Positions 8,060 to 17,319 of a stretch of DNA of 31,340 nt are shown in pieces. Within the stretch, counting starts at the first letter, position 1, and each line of letters starts with the position of its first letter. A program made the translations under genes and the position numbers. The stretch covers positions 1-31,340 of the forward strand of contig JAAZFF010000052.1 in assembly GCA_012511845.1 (NCBI GenBank), given 5' to 3'. Origin of the DNA: Lentisphaerota bacterium. Its GTDB lineage: Bacteria > Verrucomicrobiota > Kiritimatiellia > RFP12 > UBA3636. The notes under the pieces were generated by a model. That model ran no database searches and was not told the DNA's origin. It was given only the letters and a program-made list of their open reading frames with translations.

Positions 8060-8971
8060 ATGATCCGGGGTATAATCGAGATTTTGCTAATCCTGTGTTG
8101 CTCAGCAGCGGCTGGAGCCGCTACTTGGTACGTTGCAGGAATAGCAAGGCAGATAACGTATGTCACATTGGCTGACGGCAGACGTGAAGAGAGACGTCTG
8201 CCTCTGTTATTCCGTATTTTATTGCCTTTTACACCGAACCTGGAAGGGGTTGCCAAAAGTCCGGGCATGGCGAAATCGCGTGACAGGAGTGACGCCATGA
8301 TAACTACTGCAGGTTATGAGGGATTGCTGGAGGGCTGGGAGTTTATTTCATTAAAATTTCTCGTTCCTCTTTTAGTTACTCCAATATGGTGTTTGCTTTG
8401 GATACCGGCTACGCGTTATCTGCCGCTTAATCGCGGGCGTTTTATTCTCCTCTGTCTGGTTGGGGCTCTTATCGCCTTCTACTATCCGGCATCGTGGCTG
8501 AAAAGAGCTGTAAAGATGCGTCAGGCAAAGATCATTCGTGCAATGCCGTTTGTTCTTGACCTGTTAACGCTATCGGTTGAAGCCGGTCTTGACTTTATGT
8601 CTGCTATTCAACGTACGACAGAACGCCGTACTGTAGATCCGCTTACAGAGGAATTTATGCGGGTGGTGCGGGAAATACAAGTAGGTACGCCGCGTCGTCA
8701 GGCATTGCGGGCGATGTCGATCAGGATCGATTTGCCTGATATGCGCTCTGTAGTCAATGCGCTTGTTCAGGCTGATGAACTGGGTGTAAGCATCGGTTCA
8801 ATTTTGCGTATACAGGCGGATCAGATCCGCGACAGGCGTTTTGAACGTGCTGAAAAACTTGCAAATGAGGCACCTGTCAAGTTGCTTGCCCCATTGATGA
8901 TTTGCATGTTCCCATGCGTATTCCTGATACTTCTCGGTCCGGTTATTTTTCAGCTGGCAAGTGCTATTTAA
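8060..8971 (+). CDS. tadC: Type II secretion system F family protein, TadC-like
   Basis: DLLTLSVEAGLDF, G.PRRQAL, LVQADELGVSIGSILRIQADQIR and AEKLANEAPVKLLAPL, with three to four TM segments. Confidence 0.88.
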   Translation: MIRGIIEILLILCCSAAAGAATWYVAGIARQITYVTLADGRREERRLPLLFRILLPFTPNLEGVAKSPGMAKSRDRSDAMITTAGYEGLLEGWEFISLKFLVPLLVTPIWCLLWIPATRYLPLNRGRFILLCLVGALIAFYYPASWLKRAVKMRQAKIIRAMPFVLDLLTLSVEAGLDFMSAIQRTTERRTVDPLTEEFMRVVREIQVGTPRRQALRAMSIRIDLPDMRSVVNALVQADELGVSIGSILRIQADQIRDRRFERAEKLANEAPVKLLAPLMICMFPCVFLILLGPVIFQLASAI

Positions 8972-8999
8972 GTTATGCCGGGGAAAGTGAAAAGTTTAT

Positions 9000-9665
9000 A
9001 TGAGTAAAAAACCATTTGATTCTGAGGTTGCAAAAAGCATTTGCGACTGCGGCAATATTGCTGTGGTGATTATTGATGATGCCGGACGAGCTGTTGATTT
9101 GGCGCATGCCCTGCTCGACGGGGGAGTAAATATCATGGAGCTGACCCTACGCACACCGGCTGCATTACGTGCACTGGAGGCGGTTGCAGTCAAGGTTCCC
9201 GATATGGTTGTTGGTGCCGGAACGGTGCTGAGTATCTCTCAGCTTAAAGACGCCCGAAACGCCGGTGCGGCTTTTGCGGTGGCTCCCGGTTTCAACCGCA
9301 GCGTTGTGCAAAGCGCCATGGATATGAATTTCAGTTTTGCTCCGGGGGTAATGACTCCCTCCGAGATTGAAGGTGCGGTGGAAACAGGTTGCCGCATCTT
9401 GAAGTTCTTCCCGGCAAGTGTCGTGGGAGGTCCGCAAGCCCTGAAAACGCTTACGGCACCTTACAATCATCTTGGCATAAAATATATTCCTCTTGGCGGT
9501 CTTGCACCTGACAATACGGCTGATTATCTGATGAATCCTGCAGTGGCTGCCTGCGGCGGTTCCTGGATTGCTCCCGCAAAGCTGATAAATGAAAGTGACT
9601 GGGAAGCGATTAGAGCAAATGCGAGCAGGGCAACTGAAATTGTAAAAACTGTACGCAACAGCTGA
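9000..9665 (+). CDS. eda: KDPG/KHG aldolase
   Basis: ELTLRT, VGAGTV, VAPG, PGVMTPSE, LKFFPA and PLGG motifs. Confidence 0.95.
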   Translation: MSKKPFDSEVAKSICDCGNIAVVIIDDAGRAVDLAHALLDGGVNIMELTLRTPAALRALEAVAVKVPDMVVGAGTVLSISQLKDARNAGAAFAVAPGFNRSVVQSAMDMNFSFAPGVMTPSEIEGAVETGCRILKFFPASVVGGPQALKTLTAPYNHLGIKYIPLGGLAPDNTADYLMNPAVAACGGSWIAPAKLINESDWEAIRANASRATEIVKTVRNS

Positions 9666-9672
9666 ATTTGAC

Positions 9673-10545
9673 ATGACTTTGAATAAAAATATCACCCTGG
9701 AAACACATCCTGACGTTGCTGCATTGATCCGTGCCGCACTCAAGGAGGATGGTGTGGGGCGTGATGCTACTTCGCTTTCTCTTGTAGCACCAAATGCCGA
9801 AATAAGTGCCGCAGTCCTGACACGCCACCCGTGCTGCGTTGCCGGCACACTGATTGGAAAAGCCGTGATGGAAGCGGTTGATCCTTCTGTGAAGGTTGAA
9901 ATTATTGCAAAAGACGGTTCGGATATAGATACCGGCGAAAACGTTCTAAGAATCAGGGGGCGAGCCGTCTCTATTCTGGGAGCTGAGCGCGTTGCCCTCA
10001 ACTTTATGCAGCGAATGACCGGTATAGCTACTGCTACGAGAGCTTTCGTTGATGCCGTAGAAGGCACAAAGTGTAAAATACTCGATACGCGCAAAACAGT
10101 TCCCGGTTTTCGTCTGCTCGATAAATATAGCGTAAAGGTTGGCGGGGGTACGAACCACCGTATGGGATTGCACGATATGGTGCTTATCAAAGATAACCAC
10201 AGGAAGCTTTGGCGTACCGATGATCAATCGCGTCTTGATCTGGCAGTTAATACGGCACGGGAGAAGTTTCCCGGTCTGCCTGTTGAGGTTGAAGTTGAAT
10301 CGCTTGAAGAATTGCGAAGTGCGCTTCTATCATCACCCGAATGGATAATGCTTGATAATATGGAACCGGAGCTGATGCGGGAAGCTGTAAACATTGTTGC
10401 CGGCAGGTGCAAGCTGGAAGCTTCCGGCGGCATAGATGAAACTACCGTCAGGGTAATAGCGGAAACGGGAGTTGATGCAATCTCTCTTGGCTGCCTGACC
10501 CATTCCGTCAAGGCTGCCGATCTTTCTCTGGAGATCGAGTCTTAA
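9673..10545 (+). CDS. nadC: Nicotinate-nucleotide pyrophosphorylase (quinolinate phosphoribosyltransferase)
   Basis: AERVALN, LDTRKTVPG, GGGTNHRMGLHDMVLIKDNH, IMLDNM and LEASGG motifs. Confidence 0.97.
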   Translation: MTLNKNITLETHPDVAALIRAALKEDGVGRDATSLSLVAPNAEISAAVLTRHPCCVAGTLIGKAVMEAVDPSVKVEIIAKDGSDIDTGENVLRIRGRAVSILGAERVALNFMQRMTGIATATRAFVDAVEGTKCKILDTRKTVPGFRLLDKYSVKVGGGTNHRMGLHDMVLIKDNHRKLWRTDDQSRLDLAVNTAREKFPGLPVEVEVESLEELRSALLSSPEWIMLDNMEPELMREAVNIVAGRCKLEASGGIDETTVRVIAETGVDAISLGCLTHSVKAADLSLEIES

Positions 10546-10546
10546 A

Positions 10547-12439
10547 ATGCAGTTGCTGGATTCAGTTAATTCTCTAGACGATCTTCGGAAGCTCGGCGTA
10601 GATGAGTTGTCGAAGCTCGCCGAAGAAATCAGAAAACTCATAATCGAGGTTGTAAGTGTCAACGGCGGTCATCTCGCTTCCAATTTGGGTATGGTTGAAG
10701 TTACCATAGCGCTTCTCAGAGTTTTTGATCCGCCTTATGACAAAGTTTTATTTGATGTCTCCCATCAATCTTACACTTACAAGATATTGACCGGGCGCCG
10801 CGAAGCATTTAAAAGCCTTCGCAAGACAGATGGAATTTCCGGATTTATAAAATCTTCGGAAAGTGAGTTTGATGTTTTCGGTGCCGGTCATGCCGGCACC
10901 TCGATTTCCGCAGCGCTCGGCTTTGCCGCTGAAAGAGATCGGCGACAAGGTAAAGAAGCCGTAGTTGCAGTTGTCGGAGACGCATCCATTTCGAACGGTA
11001 TTTCTCTTGAAGCACTGAACAACGTCAGGGATACAACGAATAATCTTATAGTTGTCCTGAACGACAATAATATGTCTATCTCAAGGAACGTAGGCGCATT
11101 AAGCAAAGCCTTCGGCAGGATGCTGGGAAATCCGAGATATAATCGTGTAAAATCAGCAATTGAAAGTGTAGGTATACGACGTCTGAAGCTTTCCTGGTTG
11201 CGAAAAACTTACCACGGTCTGGAAAGTCGTATAAAAAGTTTCTTCCTTCCCAATGCCCCGTTCGAAAACATGGGAATACGTTATATCGGTCCTATAAACG
11301 GACACAATATTCGCCAGCTGATAGACGCTTTTGAATCGGCAAAAGAAGCCAATTTACCAGTTCTCGTACATGTGGATACACAAAAGGGCAAGGGCTACAT
11401 GCCTGCAAAGAAAAATCCTGAAAATTGGCATTCTTCAAACCCGTTCGATATAGAAACAGGTGTCAGGATAAAATGTGATCCCGGTGACTCATGGTCTGAA
11501 GTTTTCGGTAATGAACTCGTCAAACTGGCAGAAAAAGATGATCGGATTGTCGCCATAACGGCAGCTATGGGAAATGGAACCGGCTTGGATATTTTTGAGA
11601 AAAATTTCTCTGACCGTTTTTTTGATGTCGGAATTTGTGAAGGTCACCAGATGACATTCTCGGCAGGACTTGCATCTGCCGGCTTGCGTCCTGTTGTTGC
11701 AGTTTATTCAACATTTGCGCAGCGTTCCATAGACAGTGTTATTCACGACATAGCTCTTCAGAAACTTCCTGTGGTGATTTGTCTCGACCGTGCAGGGGTA
11801 GTTCCAGGCGATGGTCCGACCCATCACGGTGTTTTTGACATAGCATTGATGCGTCCAATCCCCAATATAGTTATAATGCAGCCCCGCAGCGCAGCATCGC
11901 TCGCCCGGATGTTGAGAACTGCCATGTCGCTGCCTTGTCCGTCTGTTATTCGTTATCCGCGATCGTGTGCCCCATTATGTGATGATGCAGATGATGGTGA
12001 AACTATTCCAATAGGCAGTGCCGCCATCATAGATTCAGCTGAATCCCCTGAAGTAGCTATCTGGACACTGGGTAATGAAGATGAGTTTTCTGGAAAAACT
12101 TCAGAGCTGCTTTTAAAATCGGGCATAAACTCTGTTAGGGTTGATGCGCGTTTTGCCAAGCCGATCGATGAGGCATTGCTTCTAAAGCAGATTCAGGAGG
12201 GGGTGAAAATATTCCTTACCCTGGAAGATGGAGTGTCCTCGGGAGGGTTTGGGACGGCAGTTGAGGAATTCATTAATTCTCAGCCTGAATCAGATGTAAA
12301 AGTGATTCGAATGGGCTGGCCGGACTCTTTCGTTACTCATGCAAGTACCAAAACGGATCTGATGCGTCTTTACGGCATTACCCCGGAAGCAGCTGCAGAG
12401 CGCATTTTGGAAGTGAAATCAAAATCAGGAAGATTTTAA
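10547..12439 (+). CDS. dxs: 1-deoxy-D-xylulose-5-phosphate synthase
   Basis: GGHLASNLG, DVSHQSYTYKILTGRR, GAGHAGTSIS, GDAS..EALNN, LNDNNMSIS, YSTFAQR, DRAGVVPGDGPTHHG. Confidence 0.97.
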   Translation: MQLLDSVNSLDDLRKLGVDELSKLAEEIRKLIIEVVSVNGGHLASNLGMVEVTIALLRVFDPPYDKVLFDVSHQSYTYKILTGRREAFKSLRKTDGISGFIKSSESEFDVFGAGHAGTSISAALGFAAERDRRQGKEAVVAVVGDASISNGISLEALNNVRDTTNNLIVVLNDNNMSISRNVGALSKAFGRMLGNPRYNRVKSAIESVGIRRLKLSWLRKTYHGLESRIKSFFLPNAPFENMGIRYIGPINGHNIRQLIDAFESAKEANLPVLVHVDTQKGKGYMPAKKNPENWHSSNPFDIETGVRIKCDPGDSWSEVFGNELVKLAEKDDRIVAITAAMGNGTGLDIFEKNFSDRFFDVGICEGHQMTFSAGLASAGLRPVVAVYSTFAQRSIDSVIHDIALQKLPVVICLDRAGVVPGDGPTHHGVFDIALMRPIPNIVIMQPRSAASLARMLRTAMSLPCPSVIRYPRSCAPLCDDADDGETIPIGSAAIIDSAESPEVAIWTLGNEDEFSGKTSELLLKSGINSVRVDARFAKPIDEALLLKQIQEGVKIFLTLEDGVSSGGFGTAVEEFINSQPESDVKVIRMGWPDSFVTHASTKTDLMRLYGITPEAAAERILEVKSKSGRF

Positions 12440-12450
12440 CCGAAGATGCG

Positions 12451-12677
12451 AAGCCCTTCGGGCAGTGATCAGTTTCTAAGCAGGTGCACATTATCTCGCG
12501 CAGAGAATGCGGAGGCTTGCGGTCCCAGTGCTCATCAACCACTCATCATCCACGGCGGTTCGCGGGGACGCTCACCCTCCATTACGTAAGGATGCGCATA
12601 GCCAAGCTGGAGGGCGAATGTCCTCATGAGCCGTGGTTGCGGACAGGCCCGGCAAGCCGGGCATGGCAAGCCGGGCA
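12451..12677. repeat. Intergenic mosaic repeat block 3 (heptamer module, CGCAGAG module, CTGG module, divergent GGAG-REP pair, GGCAAGCCGGGCA x2)
   Basis: 12555-12581 is a 27/27 reverse complement of 19084-19110. 12604-12635 matches the reverse complement of 19122-19152 with 1 gap and 1 mismatch. 12642-12658 is a 17/17 reverse complement of 19626-19642. Confidence 0.9.
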
Positions 12678-12692
12678 ATGCTCTTTTAGAAT

Positions 12693-13883
12693 CTATGCCG
12701 GTGGTGGCAGGGTGTCCGGATTGACACCTGTTCTCAGCCGTATAGTTTCGAGAACACGCGGTACATACATTTGAGTTTCTACGGGAAGATCTGCGGCAAT
12801 AGCATCGAAGGTATTGCTTTTATGTTTTCTGCAAAGAGAGGAAACACGTCCTTCGCCTGCATTATATGCTGCAAGAGCCAACGGCCACGAGCCGAAGCGA
12901 CCGTAGAGCCTGTTTAAATATTGTGCCGCAGCCTTGGCGTTGCGCTCAGGATTCAGCCTTTCATCAACAGGACTTGTTTTAAGCCCCAGAGAACGTGCTG
13001 TAGCAGGCATCAGCTGAAACAATCCTGCAGCACCGGCGGGACTTTTAGCTTTCGGATCCATGGTAGACTCAACTTCTGCTATCCAGACAAGTTCAGAAGG
13101 CAGACCTGCTGCCACGAAAGCAGGTTCTATTCTTGGCAGCATCTCGCTTGCACGTTTGGGCATGCGATGTTTCTGCACTGCATTTCGCCAGTAGTTCCTG
13201 TCTCGCACCGCTGCAGAGCTTAGAGCTTTATCGCTCAATTCAGGTTTTGTTTTTTCAGGTTTAGATTTTGCAACCCTTTGTGCAGGTTTTCGCTCAGGCG
13301 GTTTTTCACGTATTACCGGTGGAATAATAATGGTTTGTGTTTCTATTACTGAATCGGGCGGATAGAAAATGCCGTCTTTTTCTATCCAGCCATCCTTCGG
13401 AGGTGCGCCGGGAGCTGTTTTTTTATCCGGCACAACAGGTTTTTGTATTTGTTGCTGCCGGGCTAAAAGCTCTTCGTGCCTGACCTTTGCAACAAATTGC
13501 TTTGCTGCCTCGGCAGCTTCAAAATATGCAATGCGTGAATTAAGCCATGATTCATATTCGCTGATTCCGGGAATAAATGGCGCTTTCTCTCCGACAAATG
13601 CTACTGCAGCATGGATTTCCGACAGCTTTTCCACATCGTCCCCGTGAAGTGTGTTGAACTCCCGGAATATAAATTCTTTGACAGCCTTGTTGTCGTGGTT
13701 TGCTATACGTTCCTTCAATTCGGAAACAAGTGCCTGTCCTGAAGATAAATCGGGACGCGAAAAATGAACGTTGCCGTCCTGATCAAAAGTGATGCATCCG
13801 GCAAGCAGTGTTAAAATCAGCAGAAGACCTAATCGTGGGGCAAATCCGGATTTCTGTGATGTTTCTTGTTCGGCATTTTTCAT
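12693..13883 (-). CDS. Lytic transglycosylase (SLT domain, MltD-like) lipoprotein
   Basis: Lipobox LLAG-C, a Pro/Lys-rich linker, then the C-terminal SLT motifs AEVES, GAAGLFQLMPATA and ALAAYNAGEGRV. No LysM. Confidence 0.88.
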   Translation of the reverse strand: MKNAEQETSQKSGFAPRLGLLLILTLLAGCITFDQDGNVHFSRPDLSSGQALVSELKERIANHDNKAVKEFIFREFNTLHGDDVEKLSEIHAAVAFVGEKAPFIPGISEYESWLNSRIAYFEAAEAAKQFVAKVRHEELLARQQQIQKPVVPDKKTAPGAPPKDGWIEKDGIFYPPDSVIETQTIIIPPVIREKPPERKPAQRVAKSKPEKTKPELSDKALSSAAVRDRNYWRNAVQKHRMPKRASEMLPRIEPAFVAAGLPSELVWIAEVESTMDPKAKSPAGAAGLFQLMPATARSLGLKTSPVDERLNPERNAKAAAQYLNRLYGRFGSWPLALAAYNAGEGRVSSLCRKHKSNTFDAIAADLPVETQMYVPRVLETIRLRTGVNPDTLPPPA

Positions 13884-15292
13884 TCAGGTCTTATTGTGTT
13901 TGCGAGAGCCTGTGCGAAAGCACAGTCATCGCATACGGCTTTGGTTGACAGGCAGAAGGCATTGCAAATTTCCAGTATGCCCTGCATTCGAAGCCCATTT
14001 GTTGAGTAAATCGCCGGATTATGATCTCGTCCAAACAACCTGAAAGCAGTGTCGCGAATTTGCTGATTTGAAGCTTCTGCCGGCATTGAGCGGCACATTT
14101 CCGCATCGGCACGTCCCTCTGCCATCAGCAGCGGCAAAAGAACATTTATTAAAATTGCATTCATTCTTTGGATTCCGATTTTTGCGAAAATTCCCGTGCC
14201 GTCAAGTGTTGATTTGTTGGCTACGTCCAGTTTCTTTGCAACTGTCGCATAGGCTTCCTTTGCCCACTCTTTGCCGCTTGGCGTCGCAAGTTGTGAGAGA
14301 GCAGTTAACAAGTTCTGCGGTTCGTCAAAGAGAATTGCAACGACAGCCAGACGGTTGCGCGGGTGATTTAGCGGGCGCACACCGGAGAACTGCCATGTGG
14401 GTCGGCGGGGAGAGTCGGCAACACCCATTTTCCACGCTTCGTCCCATAGCGAGCGCTCATATTTTGTCAGACTTCTGGTTTTCTGGTTTTTTTGCGGAAG
14501 CAATCCTGCAGTCCCGAGCAACAGGGCATATCTTGACAAAAAGTTATCATACGCACAGAGCCTGCCGAGCGGCATCTGCTCTGCAACTGCTCTCATTGCA
14601 CCCGAGTTTGCCTTATAACCCAACGCCCGCATAAATTCTTCGTAAAACACCTGAGTACGACTACCGGTTTCCTGCAGGCGCAGAGCCATTTGTACTGATT
14701 TGCGGCGAAGGCGATTTAGTCCGGCAGATTCAAGAACAGCCCGAGCATCTGCGCTGCCGACATTTGATAGAATTTTTCCGCAGGGACGCGGTGTTCCCGG
14801 CAGGACGGAATGTGGATAAGCACTTAAATCAATTATGTCGAATGAAAAACCGGGTACAGACAACAACGCTTCGCGTAATGAAACGCTCGTTATATGGGGT
14901 GGAACAGGTTTTGAAAAGGATGGAAACCAGGTTACATGCAGCACTACATCGGCGTAGCGCAGGTCTTCGCCATGCTGATGTGCATTCCAGTCGGTTGGTC
15001 TTATGTGAATCTCAACATTTCCGCGGACTGTCTTGCCGTCAATCTGTATTACAGCATCAATAAAATCAGGACCTGCCTCAAGATTCCAGCGTCCCGGATC
15101 TTTCACAATTACTTCTTTGCCCGTGTCTGAGTTAAGCAGCTCAGGTCGCAGTTTGTCGTCCCACCACACGCATTGAAGATGCCTTTCCGTCCAATGCCAT
15201 CCCCTTGCAATCAGATCTCCGCTCGACTCTGCTACAAGAATCGGGTTAAACTCGGGAATCCACAGATCGTTTAATTTTGATATATCAAACAT
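13880..15292 (-). CDS. DUF2851 family protein
   Basis: ERHLQCVW, PGRWNLEAGPDF, GNVEIH..TDWNAHQH..D.RY..VVLHV. ATG 15292 is preferred over the track start 15379. 4-bp overlap with the SLT gene. Confidence 0.8.
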   Translation of the reverse strand: MFDISKLNDLWIPEFNPILVAESSGDLIARGWHWTERHLQCVWWDDKLRPELLNSDTGKEVIVKDPGRWNLEAGPDFIDAVIQIDGKTVRGNVEIHIRPTDWNAHQHGEDLRYADVVLHVTWFPSFSKPVPPHITSVSLREALLSVPGFSFDIIDLSAYPHSVLPGTPRPCGKILSNVGSADARAVLESAGLNRLRRKSVQMALRLQETGSRTQVFYEEFMRALGYKANSGAMRAVAEQMPLGRLCAYDNFLSRYALLLGTAGLLPQKNQKTRSLTKYERSLWDEAWKMGVADSPRRPTWQFSGVRPLNHPRNRLAVVAILFDEPQNLLTALSQLATPSGKEWAKEAYATVAKKLDVANKSTLDGTGIFAKIGIQRMNAILINVLLPLLMAEGRADAEMCRSMPAEASNQQIRDTAFRLFGRDHNPAIYSTNGLRMQGILEICNAFCLSTKAVCDDCAFAQALANTIRPE

Positions 15293-15443
15293 TTCTTCTT
15301 TTCCATGTTTTATTCCATACAAGTCATTTGTTGTACGCTCGAACAGCACCTTGAAATGATACCATAAGCAGCCTTCCAAGTGGAGAATGAAGTTGTTGGA
15401 TCAACGTTTTTTTAGTAAAGTGAAGTGCAGAAAGGTTACTTGA

Positions 15444-16055
15444 ATGTCGAATGAAATATTTGCACAGTTGATTGAGGGTCTTGGAACGTTTGCTTTTGCG
15501 ATCAGCGGGGTACGTTTGGCTGCTTCGAAAAAGTACGATATATTCGGTGCTCTCATTGTAGGATTCGCCACAGCTGTGGGCGGCGGTACTTTGCGTGATC
15601 TTCTGCTTGGCGCTCCTGTGTTCTGGCTTGTTGCACCGCGATATCTCATACTTACATTTGTTGCGATGCTGTTTTATATTTTCTTCCGCCGTTCTGTTGT
15701 AAGGTGGGGTGAGGCCATCATGCTTTTTGATACACTTGGGCTGGCATTCTTCAATATGACGGGTATAAAGGTTGCTCTCGGGTTGGAGGCGTCTATGTTT
15801 GCAGCTATCATAATGGGAACAATAACGGGAACAGCCGGTGGTGTTATACGTGATGTTCTCATACAGGAACCTCCGTTGATTTTCCAAAAAAAAGAAATTT
15901 ATGCCGTTGCATGTCTTCTTGGCGGTGCCGTGTATGCTATCGGGTTTTACGCACAGGTGAACGATATTCTGTTGCAGGTTGTTACGATATCTGTAGTTGT
16001 GGCAGTGAGAATTCTTTCACGGATGAAAAACCTGACGCTTCCGTATGCGGGGTGA
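15444..16055 (+). CDS. Trimeric intracellular cation channel (TRIC/UPF0126, YadS-like) membrane protein
   Basis: Duplicated motif GGGTLRDLL / GGVIRDVL, FAFAISG, DTLGLAFF, about seven TM segments. Confidence 0.92.
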   Translation: MSNEIFAQLIEGLGTFAFAISGVRLAASKKYDIFGALIVGFATAVGGGTLRDLLLGAPVFWLVAPRYLILTFVAMLFYIFFRRSVVRWGEAIMLFDTLGLAFFNMTGIKVALGLEASMFAAIIMGTITGTAGGVIRDVLIQEPPLIFQKKEIYAVACLLGGAVYAIGFYAQVNDILLQVVTISVVVAVRILSRMKNLTLPYAG

Positions 16056-16066
16056 GAAAAAAACTT

Positions 16067-16111
16067 CTTGATTCGGATTTAGGTATTGTGGTACCTTAAT
16101 GCCAATTCAAG
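16067..16111 (+). promoter_or_regulatory. Putative promoter overlapped by an imperfect inverted repeat (candidate Rrf2 operator)
   Basis: TTGATT-18 nt-TACCTT with TGn extension. Inverted repeat CTTGATTCGG-ATTTAGGTAT-tgtg-GTACCTTAAT-g-CCAATTCAAG. Confidence 0.5.
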
Positions 16112-16124
16112 GAAAAATTTTCAC

Positions 16125-16604
16125 ATGTCTCTGGGTTTAATCAATATTTCTGAAGCAAATTCAATAGCAATTCATCTGTGCATATGGCTTGCCCTGGAAG
16201 AGGGGAATTTTAATTCAACAAAGCTTATTGCCAAGCGACTCGGTTTTTCGCATGCACATTCTGCCAAAGTTGTTCAACAACTGGTCCATGCAGGAATACT
16301 GGAAACTTTACGGGGAGCAGCGGGAGGGGCAAGACTCGCTCGACCGGCGGAAGAAATCACCCTTCTTGATATTATCGTTGCAACTGGCAGTTATACATCG
16401 ACGGATGGTTGCATGCTCAAATCGGAAGTATGCCAAAACTCTCCTTGTGTGCTGCGCCGGAAGTTAAGCGAACATAATGAAGGCTTGGTAGAGCTTTTTA
16501 AAAATAAAACGCTTGCTGATGTTGCGCACAATACAAATGTTGCCAATTTGCACAACCCGGATTTGTCTCCAAAAAATCAGGAAACTTTAAAATACATAAG
16601 TTAA
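16125..16604 (+). CDS. Rrf2 family transcriptional regulator with three Cys (IscR/NsrR-like Fe-S sensor)
   Basis: wHTH with RGAAGGARLARPAEEITLLDII and a C-x6-C-x4-C pattern. ATG 16125 is preferred over GTG 16086. Confidence 0.9.
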   Translation: MSLGLINISEANSIAIHLCIWLALEEGNFNSTKLIAKRLGFSHAHSAKVVQQLVHAGILETLRGAAGGARLARPAEEITLLDIIVATGSYTSTDGCMLKSEVCQNSPCVLRRKLSEHNEGLVELFKNKTLADVAHNTNVANLHNPDLSPKNQETLKYIS

Positions 16605-16608
16605 GAAG

Positions 16609-17319
16609 ATGAAACGTAAAATAGTGACAATTGATGAAGAACTCTGCATAGGTTGCGGTTTATGCATAAATGCCTGTCAGGAAGGTGCACTTAAAATGGT
16701 GGACGGCAAGGCGAGGCTTGTGTCTGAGATATATTGTGACGGTTTGGGAGACTGTCTTCCAGCTTGCCCTACGGGAGCTATAAAAATAGAAGAGCGTGAA
16801 TCCAAGCCCTATGACGAGATGGCTGCTGAAGCAAGAAAGAAGGCAATGAAGTCACCTCTAGCCGGTGGATGCCCAGGCACAATGGCGAGAGCGATGACAC
16901 CAGTGGGCAGTACAGGTGAGCAAGTCTCATCTGCTTCCTCCGCTAATATTTCACCTGCTTTGGGTAATTGGCCGGTTCAGATTAAGCTTGTACCGCCGAT
17001 GGCTCCATATCTTGATAATGCAGCGTTGCTGATTGCGGCGGACTGCACGGCGTTTTCATACCCTGATATTCATAACCGTTTTATGCGGGGCAAGGTTACG
17101 CTTATTGGCTGCCCCAAGCTTGATGAAGGAGATTACTCCGAAAAACTCACTGCAATACTGATGCAGAATGAGATTCGCAATGTAACTGTTCTGCGTATGG
17201 AAGTGCCTTGCTGCAATGGAATAGCCAACGCTGTAAAGCAAGCTTTGATAAACAGCGGCAAGATGATTCCCTGGCAGATAGTGACGATTTCCATTGATGG
17301 AAAAATAGTTGATGAATAA
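16609..17319 (+). CDS. Ferredoxin-domain iron-sulfur protein of the family commonly adjacent to hcp
   Basis: CIGCGLCINAC and CDGLGDCLPACP, then GGCPG, NWPVQ, LLIAADC, IGCPKLD and MEVPCC. Confidence 0.85.
   Translation: MKRKIVTIDEELCIGCGLCINACQEGALKMVDGKARLVSEIYCDGLGDCLPACPTGAIKIEERESKPYDEMAAEARKKAMKSPLAGGCPGTMARAMTPVGSTGEQVSSASSANISPALGNWPVQIKLVPPMAPYLDNAALLIAADCTAFSYPDIHNRFMRGKVTLIGCPKLDEGDYSEKLTAILMQNEIRNVTVLRMEVPCCNGIANAVKQALINSGKMIPWQIVTISIDGKIVDE

Noticed and set aside
9165-10190. Long antisense ORFs (341 aa here, also 1124..1957, 24009..24854, 14068..14634 and 27583..28104)
   Set aside because: They fully overlap well-conserved genes on the opposite strand and have no recognisable motifs.
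433-13883. comF, tadC and the lytic transglycosylase as a competence island
   Set aside because: They are scattered among unrelated housekeeping genes in different operons, with no island boundaries.
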